Shown: positions 38,894-47,087 of the stretch, in pieces | Layout of the letters: each line of letters starts with the position of its first letter | Numbering within the stretch: position 1 is the stretch's first letter | DNA from: an uncultured Alphaproteobacteria bacterium | GTDB taxonomy: Bacteria > Pseudomonadota > Alphaproteobacteria > CAAHEQ01 > UBA3637 | Direction of reading: 5' to 3' | Length of the DNA: 64,000 nucleotides | Assembly: GCA_949292205.1 (NCBI GenBank) | Contig: CASEYR010000001.1 | Span: 2,721-66,720, forward strand | Translations under genes and position numbers: made by a program | Notes under the pieces: generated by a model | Told to the model about the DNA's origin: nothing | The model's input: only the letters and a program-made list of their open reading frames with translations | Database searches by the model: none

Positions 38894-39820
38894 ATGTTTT
38901 CATTTTTCAAAAAAGAGGTAAAGCCCTATGATGCCGGTTGGCTTTCTGTGGGGCAGGGGCATGAGATTTATTATCAACAATTTGGTAATCCGAAAGGATT
39001 CGTTGTTTTGTCTTTTCATGGTGGCCCAGGGGGATGTGGAAAAGCAAAACATACTGCACACTACGATTTAAAAAAGTGGCGCGTTATTTTATTTGATCAA
39101 CGTGGATGTGGCCTATCGCGTTATACGAATTTATTAAAGGATAATACGGCGCCGGCAGCCGTTCAAGACGGAAAGAAGTTATTGGATTATTTAAAAATAA
39201 AAGGGAAAGTTACGGTTGCGGGAGGTTCCTATGGTGCGGGGCTTGCTCTTTTATTTGCCGAGACATATCCCGAGCGAGTAAAACAACTCATTTTAAATTC
39301 GGTTTTCTTAATGCGCCGGCAGGATTATGAGTGGGTTTCTCACACAAGCCGTTTGTTTTATCCTGATTTAATCGATGAGATGCGCCAACAAGCCGGAACG
39401 GATGACATCGTTTCATTTTATCATCGACTGATTTTTTCTGATAAGTACAGAGACTTACAGCAAGTTCAAAAATACTATGGCTGTTATGAAAAGCTATTGG
39501 GGCAGGTTTGTGCTTCTTTTGAACAAACACCGGCACTGACAGATGCGAGTATTCGGTTTACACAGATTTATCTACACTACGAAAAAAATCATTTCTTTGT
39601 GAAGGAAAATCAAATCCTAAAAGACATTCAAAAAATAAAGCAGATACCGACACTAATCGTTCACAATCGCTTGGATTTTTGTTGTCCTGTTTGTCAAGCC
39701 TATGATTTGCATCAAGTCTTACCCAAATCAAAGCTCGTTATTGTTCCTGATAAAGGTCATAGTAGTCCTCTACTTTTTAACGTTCTGGAAAAAGAGGTAG
39801 ATTTGGCTATCAAAAAATAG
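38894..39820 (+). CDS. pip: proline iminopeptidase (alpha/beta hydrolase S33)
   Basis: AGGAGG lies before ATG 38894. The protein has HGGPGG, the nucleophile elbow GGSYGA and a C-terminal GHS. Confidence 0.8.
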   Translation: MFSFFKKEVKPYDAGWLSVGQGHEIYYQQFGNPKGFVVLSFHGGPGGCGKAKHTAHYDLKKWRVILFDQRGCGLSRYTNLLKDNTAPAAVQDGKKLLDYLKIKGKVTVAGGSYGAGLALLFAETYPERVKQLILNSVFLMRRQDYEWVSHTSRLFYPDLIDEMRQQAGTDDIVSFYHRLIFSDKYRDLQQVQKYYGCYEKLLGQVCASFEQTPALTDASIRFTQIYLHYEKNHFFVKENQILKDIQKIKQIPTLIVHNRLDFCCPVCQAYDLHQVLPKSKLVIVPDKGHSSPLLFNVLEKEVDLAIKK

Positions 39821-39821
39821 T

Positions 39822-39849
39822 TTGACTTTATATAAAGATGTGATACACT
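39822..39849 (+). promoter_or_regulatory. sigma70-like promoter (TTGACT-16-TACACT, TG-extended)
   Basis: TTGACT at 39822-39827, a 16-nt spacer ending in TGA, then TACACT at 39844-39849. Confidence 0.45.
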
Positions 39850-39886
39850 GGAAAGGTGAGGAGATGTTTTTTAGAAAGGAGAGGTT

Positions 39887-40489
39887 ATGACACTTTTATT
39901 GAATAAATGTGAACATTATGCCAGAAAATTACATGAAGATGTTGTTTACGGCGGTGGCTTGAATATGATGGATCAAGTTAAAGGAACGGTTGCATTGATA
40001 GCTAAACATTCTCGTTTAACCGGAGAGGATAAGGAAACGGCATTGGCGGCAGCATACTTACATAAATGTTTTGAACCAAAGCGAATTAAGGAAGGTGTTG
40101 CTCCGTTAACAATGGAACAAGTGGAACAGATTGCCGGTGCAAAAGTTCGATCTGTGGTTGAAGAGCTTTCTACAGAGCCAGAAACAGAGACATTGTCAAA
40201 AGTTGAACAATGGAAAGAAAAAGCTGATTGGGCTCAAAAATTATCTCCGGCAGCTCAAGAAATTTTGTTAGCTGAGAAAGTATTGAATTTCGAAGTATCT
40301 CGGGATCGTCCTAATCCAAAGAAGCCGTTAACGTGGCACAAAGAATACTTTGAAACACGGATGTTGATGGTAGATAAGATTAAGGATACAAATCCTGAGT
40401 TATATCGTGTAGCAACACAAACACGTGATCAAGCTTTGGTAAAGATTAACGCCTTATTGGCCAAGCAGAGCGGTCATGATGGTCGTTAA
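39887..40489 (+). CDS. hypothetical protein; possible degenerate HD-superfamily (RelA/SpoT-hydrolase-like) fold
   Basis: 200 aa. The layout YARKLHEDV...VALI...AAAYLHKCFEP...VRSVVEELSTEP resembles HD_4 domains but has HK where HD is expected. The functional call is by eye only. Confidence 0.5.
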   Translation: MTLLLNKCEHYARKLHEDVVYGGGLNMMDQVKGTVALIAKHSRLTGEDKETALAAAYLHKCFEPKRIKEGVAPLTMEQVEQIAGAKVRSVVEELSTEPETETLSKVEQWKEKADWAQKLSPAAQEILLAEKVLNFEVSRDRPNPKKPLTWHKEYFETRMLMVDKIKDTNPELYRVATQTRDQALVKINALLAKQSGHDGR

Positions 40490-40492
40490 TTA

Positions 40493-41377
40493 CTAAAATA
40501 CATAAAACAGGAGAGGAGGGGTTATCCCCTCCTTTTTGTTATTCTTTTTCCTTAAGAAAGAGCTTTCTGGTTCTGATAATTTCTGAAGGTTTGTCTTTAT
40601 TTTTTTTAAGAATTGTAGAGTTCGCTCATATAGATTTGTTTCTGGTTGTAGGCCGACGATGTCGTCCATGTAGCTGTATTTTTGAGTTGCCTCTTGATAA
40701 GGGTGTCTTGAACCATCAGACCAGAGGTATCTTTTTGACCAAAGCGGATCATCTTTATACAAATAGCAGCATAATTTATCAACAATTCTTTCTTTTTCAA
40801 AATGTTTAATCGGAGGAGGATTTTCATGATTTGGATTGACAATTAGATATTCTATACCGGTATGAACCATTTTATGAACAATTGTTCCCTTTATTTTTTC
40901 TAGAGAAATACCATTTGTAAGTCCAAGAATAATAATTCCTGTATTTTGTTCTTCGTCTGGCCAATATTTTCCGCCACAACAGAATAAATCAGGTCGTATT
41001 TGGTATTTGGGCCATATTTTGAATCCCCAAGACTCATTTAAAGCCAACATTTTAGGATAAATTGGTTGAATAAGAGGTAATATCTGTTTGATATCTTGTT
41101 GAAATTTTAAGTATATGTTTTGAGAGGGAATATAGATGCTTTGAATGAAATCGTCAAAATATTTTTGTTTAAAAGTTGATTTGGGTAGCTTTGACAATTC
41201 ATCAAATGAATACTCTTTTAGTATTCTTTGAATCAGTGGATAGGGACTATTTTGAAATAACTCAACTCGTTGTTGATATCCATTTTTTTTGTACCAAATA
41301 AGGCCTCTAATGTCACCTGATAACAATTCAAAAGCTTCATTATCGGTGGGAATGTGTATATCAAAATTAAATTTCAT
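40493..41377 (-). CDS. hypothetical protein (no recognised domain)
   Basis: 294 aa from MKFNFDIH, with AAAGGA 5 nt upstream. It overlaps the end of the upstream methyltransferase gene by 11 nt. An HKMVH motif is present but there is no HExxH. Confidence 0.6.
   Translation of the reverse strand: MKFNFDIHIPTDNEAFELLSGDIRGLIWYKKNGYQQRVELFQNSPYPLIQRILKEYSFDELSKLPKSTFKQKYFDDFIQSIYIPSQNIYLKFQQDIKQILPLIQPIYPKMLALNESWGFKIWPKYQIRPDLFCCGGKYWPDEEQNTGIIILGLTNGISLEKIKGTIVHKMVHTGIEYLIVNPNHENPPPIKHFEKERIVDKLCCYLYKDDPLWSKRYLWSDGSRHPYQEATQKYSYMDDIVGLQPETNLYERTLQFLKKIKTNLQKLSEPESSFLRKKNNKKEGITPPLLFYVF
40514..40538 (+). terminator. intrinsic terminator (inside the 3' end of the convergent gene)
   Basis: AGGAGGGG-TTAT-CCCCTCCT followed by TTTTTG. 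Confidence 0.55.
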
Positions 41378-41984
41378 TTGTATCCTTTCGTGCAACCAGT
41401 TTAACGATACCATGTATATGTGGTCCCATTGGGGCGTGATTATCGGAAATTATATCTTCATTGTACTCTATGATGCATAATTTATTTTTGCTACACCATT
41501 CTCTTAGTTCGTTATGATTAAAATGCCCGCCACTGGATAATTTTTTAAAGCTACAATCGTCATTAGTGAAAGATTCTATAAACAGGAGACCTCCAGAAGT
41601 TAGGCTTTTGATTATTTTATTCAAAACAGCTTGTTGAGTTTTCTTATCTATGAACTGAAGAACATTGATTGCAAGAATGACATCATAAGATTCAAAAATA
41701 AAATCTCTGACATCTGTTTCAATAAATTTGATGCTCTGACAAGGTAGAACATTCGGAAGAGCCTTATCAATAGCCGTTACGGATAATCCCATTTGAGCAA
41801 GTTGATAACTCCGGCTACCATGAGCACAACCGATATCTAAAGCTGTTTTTTTTATTTTCAGTAGAGCTTCATATTGCTGTATCCAAGGAGAGGGGCAACA
41901 TCCGAATGGATTCATATTTTTCTTAAAATCAATCCAAATAGGTTCTTGATATAATAGTGGATTAAATTTCTTATAAAAATACAA
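41367..41984 (-). CDS. class I SAM-dependent methyltransferase (TehB-like size)
   Basis: Motif I is ALDIGCAHGSRSYQLAQMG, followed by AIDK. The start is ambiguous: TTG 41984 or ATG 41915. Confidence 0.7.
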   Translation of the reverse strand: MYFYKKFNPLLYQEPIWIDFKKNMNPFGCCPSPWIQQYEALLKIKKTALDIGCAHGSRSYQLAQMGLSVTAIDKALPNVLPCQSIKFIETDVRDFIFESYDVILAINVLQFIDKKTQQAVLNKIIKSLTSGGLLFIESFTNDDCSFKKLSSGGHFNHNELREWCSKNKLCIIEYNEDIISDNHAPMGPHIHGIVKLVARKDTNEI

Positions 41985-42040
41985 ATGTTTTTGCCAAACA
42001 GGATTATTTTTATTTTTCTGAATATAAGGTATATTATCAA

Positions 42041-42889
42041 TTAATTTGGCGCATTGAATAATGATAGCTTCTTTATTTTTTCAACTTCATCCAGATAGAG
42101 ATTGTTACTGTCTTTATTAATCTCCATATTTAAAATAGTCAATGAATGAATAAGATTTGCCTGAAAATCACCAAATTTTTGCCGGATGTCATTAATCTTT
42201 ATTTTTGTTTCTTGGGTGATATCGCACATGAGAGCAGCTTGTAAAATTGGGACAGGATAGCCTTTTCCAAATAGTTGTTGACAAACGCGAATGGAGTGTA
42301 GTAGGACTGATTTTTCATTATCTGCATCTATGCAAGCGTTAACCGTAAAGATAAGAGTTTCCTCTAACTCCTTGCAAGGGTGTTCAATCAAGAATGAAAT
42401 GGCATGGAATAACTCCCAAGTTCTCTGTTCGCGTTTTTCAAAAAGAGCTTGATTTTCAGGAAAAGCACATTTGTGTTTTTTGTATAGGAAGTTTAAATAA
42501 TAATCGCGTGTTTCTGCTAAAGTTTGACCGCGAGCATAACCCGTTAAAATACTTTTGATAAACAAGAAATCATCATTTCCCTCTAACAGGTGCATATCAT
42601 GAATCAAAGATCCTTCAAAAGTGACAGGATACTTGTTTTTTAGACTATCTTTGGCAATTTGAATAATTGTTTCAAGTGGTAGATTATATGAAGATAAAAG
42701 CTCTCTTATCTTAGATTCATGTGTTTCAATCAAGCCGTGAAGCCAAATTGCCAATACAGTTGTATCAGTTAGCTTTATGTATTGATTTGATTTTTCAAGT
42801 AGTCGTTCAATATGGGCTATGCCGTGCATTGAATCTTTTTGAGTGTATATCTGCTGACAAAATGCTAGGATAGTGGCAGCTATTGTCAT
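42041..42889 (-). CDS. hypothetical protein with HD-superfamily-like motifs
   Basis: 282 aa from MTIAATILAF. It has HGIAHIERL...AIWLHGLIE and a C-terminal AALMCDITQET resembling degenerate HD motifs. Its ATG overlaps the stop of the HAD gene (ATGA). Confidence 0.55.
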   Translation of the reverse strand: MTIAATILAFCQQIYTQKDSMHGIAHIERLLEKSNQYIKLTDTTVLAIWLHGLIETHESKIRELLSSYNLPLETIIQIAKDSLKNKYPVTFEGSLIHDMHLLEGNDDFLFIKSILTGYARGQTLAETRDYYLNFLYKKHKCAFPENQALFEKREQRTWELFHAISFLIEHPCKELEETLIFTVNACIDADNEKSVLLHSIRVCQQLFGKGYPVPILQAALMCDITQETKIKINDIRQKFGDFQANLIHSLTILNMEINKDSNNLYLDEVEKIKKLSLFNAPN

Positions 42890-43470
42890 TTTACATCCTC
42901 TATTGTTTGAAATAAAATAGCTTTCATGTTTAATTGGCGAGCGGTCTGACAATTATCCGGATTATCATCAATCAGACATATTTCTTGAAAAGGGGTTTGG
43001 AGCGTTTTCTGAGCACTTATAAAGAAAGCCGGATCAGGTTTTGCAACGCCCAATCGATCAGAAGTAAAAACATGGTCAAAAACAGGATGCCATTCTGGTC
43101 TGTTTTGCCATAAATAGCTCATTCTGATTTCCGGTTGATTGCTGGCAATAGAAAAGTGATGTCCTTTTTGTTTTTGATTACAAATCCAAGACCATAGATT
43201 TTGATTCTGATTGTTATCTCTGGAAAGCCAGTAAGTTAAAAAAGATTCTGGTTCCATATTAATCTGATGCTTTTTTAAAAAAGCCGTCACGTAATGATTG
43301 AGGTTAATGTCGGGTTTAAATAAGCCTGCAAAAAAATCATCTAAAATAGAGATAGATTTATTAAAATCCTTTTCAAAATTCTTTGTCCAATGAAAGGATA
43401 TTTTGCCTGAATTATCAAAATAACATGTGTGGAGCAAGGTATTATCCAAATCAATCAAATAGTGAGTCAT
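42886..43470 (-). CDS. HAD-superfamily (subfamily IA) phosphatase
   Basis: Motif I is LIDLDNTLL (DxDxT), motif II is ASNQ, the Lys is in GVAKPDP, and motif IV is LIDDNPDN. Confidence 0.8.
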   Translation of the reverse strand: MTHYLIDLDNTLLHTCYFDNSGKISFHWTKNFEKDFNKSISILDDFFAGLFKPDINLNHYVTAFLKKHQINMEPESFLTYWLSRDNNQNQNLWSWICNQKQKGHHFSIASNQPEIRMSYLWQNRPEWHPVFDHVFTSDRLGVAKPDPAFFISAQKTLQTPFQEICLIDDNPDNCQTARQLNMKAILFQTIEDVK

Positions 43471-43591
43471 ATATTAATCCTTTCTTATAAGAATATAATA
43501 TTTTTTTTAAAAAGCAAATAAAATAGGTCAAGATACTTGATTTTAAATGACTGATATACCAAATAGTGGGATATACAAAATGGGGGATAAA

Positions 43592-44893
43592 ATGAAAATA
43601 GGAATCATAGGGACGGGATACGTCGGGTTACCGACGGGTGTCGGTTTTGCTGAATTAGGAAACACGGTTGTTTGTGTTGATAAGAATGAAAATAAAATCA
43701 AAGCATTAAAAAACGGTAAAATTACGTTGTATGAAGAAGGATTGGAAGATCTTTTTCATAAGAATGTTAAGAATGGCCGTTTAACGTTCACGACATCTAT
43801 CAAAAAGGGAGTATCAGATGCCGATTTAGTTATTATAGCCGTTGGTACACCACCGCATCCGGTTACAAAAGAAGCCGATTTGCGTTTTGTGTATGAAGCG
43901 GTTGGTGAGATGGCAGATTACCTGAATCAGTATACGGTTATTGCGACAAAGTCAACGGTACCTGTTGGAACAGGGGATCAGCTTGAAAAAATCATTTCAG
44001 AAAAGAATCCGAAAGCTGACTTTGATGTTATTTCTTTGCCTGAATTTTTAAGAGAAGGATTTGCTGTTCATGATTTTTTCCATCCGGATAGAATTATTGT
44101 CGGTACGAATTCAAAGCGGGCAGAGGCTGTTATTCGGAAATTGTATGAGCCCTTTGAGGGAAAAACAAATTTTTTATTTGTTAAACGTCGTTCCAGTGAA
44201 ACAATAAAATATGCCTCTAATGCTTTTTTAGCGATTAAAATTCATTATATTAATGAAATGGCTGATTTCTGTGAAAATATGAATGCAGATGTGTTAGAAG
44301 TAGCCAAAGGAATGGGGATGGATTCTCGTATAGGGTCTCGCTTTTTGATACCGGGCCCCGGATATGGTGGCAGCTGTTTTCCGAAAGATACACAGGCAAT
44401 GGCTTGCATGGGGCGTCAAAACGGAACACCGATGACCTTGATTGAAACAGCCATTAAAGGCAATCAAGCCCGTAAAAAGAAAATGGCTTGTCGAATTTTG
44501 AATATGGTTCAAGATATTTCATCACCGAAGATTGCTGTTTTAGGATTAGCATTCAAAGATGGGACGGATGACTGTCGAGAAAGTCCGGCAATGGATGTTG
44601 TGTGTGAGCTTTTACAAAAGGGAGCAGAAATTATAGCATATGATCCGAAAGCCCTATCAACCGCCAAAAGTATTTTAAATGATAAAATAAAATATACAGA
44701 TTCTTTGTATAATGCGGCACAAGGAGCTGATGTTTTAGTTATTTTGACAGAGTGGAAAGAGTTTAAGAACATTGATTTTGAACGCTTGTCTCAGGCTATG
44801 CAGCGTCGCAAGATAGTTGATTGTCGTAACATGTTGAATGCAGAAATAGCCAAACGGCATGGATTTGAATATCGCGGTATTGGTCGAGTTTAA
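43592..44893 (+). CDS. ugd: UDP-glucose 6-dehydrogenase
   Basis: MKIGIIGTGYVGLPTG, the catalytic region GYGGSCFPKD, and the C-terminal UDP-binding domain. Confidence 0.9.
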   Translation: MKIGIIGTGYVGLPTGVGFAELGNTVVCVDKNENKIKALKNGKITLYEEGLEDLFHKNVKNGRLTFTTSIKKGVSDADLVIIAVGTPPHPVTKEADLRFVYEAVGEMADYLNQYTVIATKSTVPVGTGDQLEKIISEKNPKADFDVISLPEFLREGFAVHDFFHPDRIIVGTNSKRAEAVIRKLYEPFEGKTNFLFVKRRSSETIKYASNAFLAIKIHYINEMADFCENMNADVLEVAKGMGMDSRIGSRFLIPGPGYGGSCFPKDTQAMACMGRQNGTPMTLIETAIKGNQARKKKMACRILNMVQDISSPKIAVLGLAFKDGTDDCRESPAMDVVCELLQKGAEIIAYDPKALSTAKSILNDKIKYTDSLYNAAQGADVLVILTEWKEFKNIDFERLSQAMQRRKIVDCRNMLNAEIAKRHGFEYRGIGRV

Positions 44894-44927
44894 AAAAGGG
44901 GATTTTATTGAATCCCCAATTTTTTTC
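44892..44927. terminator. bidirectional hairpin between convergent ugd and the UDP-xylose synthase gene
   Basis: GGGGATT-TTATTG-AATCCCC flanked by A6 and T7. It overlaps the last codons of the minus-strand gene. Confidence 0.55.
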
Positions 44928-45855
44928 TGAAATAAGCAATTGTTTTGATGAGTCCTTCGTCCAAAGGAATTTTAGGTTGCCAGCCTAATTTTTCTCGAGC
45001 CAAAGAAATATCCGGACGTCTTTGAGTCGGATCATCTTTCGGTAGATCACAATAAACAATCTTTGATGATGTTTTGATAAGAGTTAACACTTTTTCTGCT
45101 AGTTCTTTCATCGTAAATTCGCCGGGGTTTCCCGTATTAACGGGGCCTGTGAATCCTTTTTCAGAGTTCATCATAAGAATCATAACGTCAATTAAATCAT
45201 CTACATAACAGAAAGAGCGTGTTTGCTCTCCGGTTCCATAGATTGTGATATCTTCACCCTTTAAAGCCTGACAAATAAAATTACTGATAACCCGTCCGTC
45301 CTTTGGATCCATTCCCGGTCCGTATGTATTAAAGATACGAATGACTTTTATATCAACGCCTTTATGCCTATGGTAGTCAAAGAAAAGACTCTCGGCACAC
45401 CGTTTACCTTCGTCATAGCAGGCTCGGATACCGATTGGATTGACGTTTCCGCGATAGGTTTCGGGTTGCGGATGAACAAGAGGTTCTCCGTAAATTTCTG
45501 AAGTCGATGTCTGTAAAATAGTCGCCTTGTTTTTATAAGCCAGTTCTAGCATATTTAAGGCACCTAATACACACGTTTTTGTTGTTTCAATAGAGTGCAT
45601 ACCTTGATAAGCCGGTGGAGAAGCAGGGCAAGCCAAATTATAAATCTGATCTATTTTTAGATTGAGGTTCAGCGGTTGAGTAACATCGTGCTCAATAAAG
45701 GTAAAATAAGGATTTTGAATGATGTCCTCCACATTATTCAAAGATCCCGTATAGTTATTATCCAAGCAAATAACTTGATTTTCTTCTTTTATCAGGCGTC
45801 TACATAAATTAGAGCCCAAAAAACCGGTTCCACCGGTAACTAATATCTTTTTCAT
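44905..45855 (-). CDS. UDP-glucuronate decarboxylase (UDP-xylose synthase-type SDR)
   Basis: 316 aa with [17 protein letters not shown], the catalytic YDEGKR, and overall similarity by eye to UXS1-type enzymes. Confidence 0.8.
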   Translation of the reverse strand: MKKILVTGGTGFLGSNLCRRLIKEENQVICLDNNYTGSLNNVEDIIQNPYFTFIEHDVTQPLNLNLKIDQIYNLACPASPPAYQGMHSIETTKTCVLGALNMLELAYKNKATILQTSTSEIYGEPLVHPQPETYRGNVNPIGIRACYDEGKRCAESLFFDYHRHKGVDIKVIRIFNTYGPGMDPKDGRVISNFICQALKGEDITIYGTGEQTRSFCYVDDLIDVMILMMNSEKGFTGPVNTGNPGEFTMKELAEKVLTLIKTSSKIVYCDLPKDDPTQRRPDISLAREKLGWQPKIPLDEGLIKTIAYFRKKLGIQ

Positions 45856-45926
45856 TCTTTATCTCCCTAAGATGTATATAGGGAGCTGTTTAAAAAAAAG
45901 ATACCCACAAATCTTATTTTTTCAGA

Positions 45927-46472
45927 TTATTTTTGTTTCTTTGTATTTATCCAGACAGAACACTCTAAATGATTGTCAATTTCAATAACGGGACGCTCAT
46001 AACCACCTAACTCACGCATTACAGAAGTCATTACTCGATAAGAGGCGGTATTTTTTTGATTACAACACACTAAAACAGAGTCCAGTTTTAGGTTTGAATA
46101 ACACCACTCTAATACTAACTTTAATCCTTCTTTTACATATCCTTTTTGTCGTTCTGACGGGATGATTTGATAGCCAATGTGTCCGCCTTGCTTTTGTAAA
46201 GCCTCTGTCAAGAAGTGACGAATATCGTATAATCCGATAAACTGATTATCATTCATTAACCACAAACAAGTACTGGGGACATATCCCTCTGGTTGATTAT
46301 CAGATTGTTTCTGTTTCAGATAATCCCAATAACCCTCAAAATTGTTATCCATGAAAGAAATAGCTTGCTGAACAGAGTGCAAATCATAGGGCGTCCTGTT
46401 CTCTTTTATTTCCGAAATCCCTTTTCTAAAGGTATCTATATAATCTAAAGTTGGTTGAACAAGACGTAGCAT
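45927..46472 (-). CDS. GNAT-family N-acetyltransferase
   Basis: 181 aa with the acetyl-CoA-binding pattern IIPSERQKGYVKEGLKL. Confidence 0.65.
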   Translation of the reverse strand: MLRLVQPTLDYIDTFRKGISEIKENRTPYDLHSVQQAISFMDNNFEGYWDYLKQKQSDNQPEGYVPSTCLWLMNDNQFIGLYDIRHFLTEALQKQGGHIGYQIIPSERQKGYVKEGLKLVLEWCYSNLKLDSVLVCCNQKNTASYRVMTSVMRELGGYERPVIEIDNHLECSVWINTKKQK

Positions 46473-46525
46473 TAATAATTTCCTCCCAACTTTAAGGATA
46501 TTAAGGATATGACTTCAAGTCAAGT

Positions 46526-46551
46526 AAAAAGCGGGATAATCCCGCTTTTTT
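46526..46551 (-). terminator. intrinsic terminator after the ferritin-like gene
   Basis: GCGGGA-TAA-TCCCGC flanked by A5/T6 and abutting the stop codon. Confidence 0.65.
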
Positions 46552-46846
46552 ATTTTTGTAGATTTTCTATTGTTTCTTGTTCGCCATGTTGGTATTCTTT
46601 CTCATCTTCGGGAGATAAGATTGCTAATAATTTCCGTAATTCACCAACATGGTGTTTTTCTTCTTTTGCGATATCGGATAAAACAATTTTAACATCGTTA
46701 TTATCGGTAGATTCCATTATTTGCTGATAAACTTGAATGGCTTCATATTCCGAAGCAATAGCAAATTTAACGGCTCGTAATACTTCTAACGAAGTTAGTT
46801 TTTTATTGGGCGTATAGATGCTGTGTATATCTGCAAATTCAGGCAT
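46550..46846 (-). CDS. small ferritin-like (EncFtn-type half-ferritin / rubrerythrin-family) protein
   Basis: 98 aa with SEYEAIQVY and KEEKHH (Glu, Tyr and Glu-x-x-His in the spacing of encapsulated ferritins). GGAGGAG lies upstream. Confidence 0.6.
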   Translation of the reverse strand: MPEFADIHSIYTPNKKLTSLEVLRAVKFAIASEYEAIQVYQQIMESTDNNDVKIVLSDIAKEEKHHVGELRKLLAILSPEDEKEYQHGEQETIENLQK

Positions 46847-47026
46847 ATTTTCTCCTCCTTGAAATGAACTACATAACAGATATAGGAGAATAAACGAATA
46901 ATGGCAAGATATACGAATTTCTTTAATATGTAATCTCGTTATAATATTAAATAATCTATAGAATGATTAGATAAAAAAGATTATTTTTTTGATATATTGT
47001 TATGAATTTGTATTATCAAACTATAA

Positions 47027-47052
47027 CAAGCGGAAATATAGTTTTCCGCTTG
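47027..47052 (-). terminator. hairpin downstream of the flavodiiron gene
   Basis: CAAGCGGAAA-TATAGT-TTTCCGCTTG. The U-run on the minus strand is weak. Confidence 0.45.
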
Positions 47053-47087
47053 TATTCAAATATACTTTTTACAATTTTTTAGTATAA

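Noticed and set aside
39863-39890. An 8-codon upstream ORF (MFFRKERL) whose TGA overlaps the ATG of the 39887 gene.
   Set aside because: Its ATG directly abuts the purine-rich tract with no spacing. That tract is better explained as part of the SD region of the main ORF. There is no evidence for a regulatory leader peptide.
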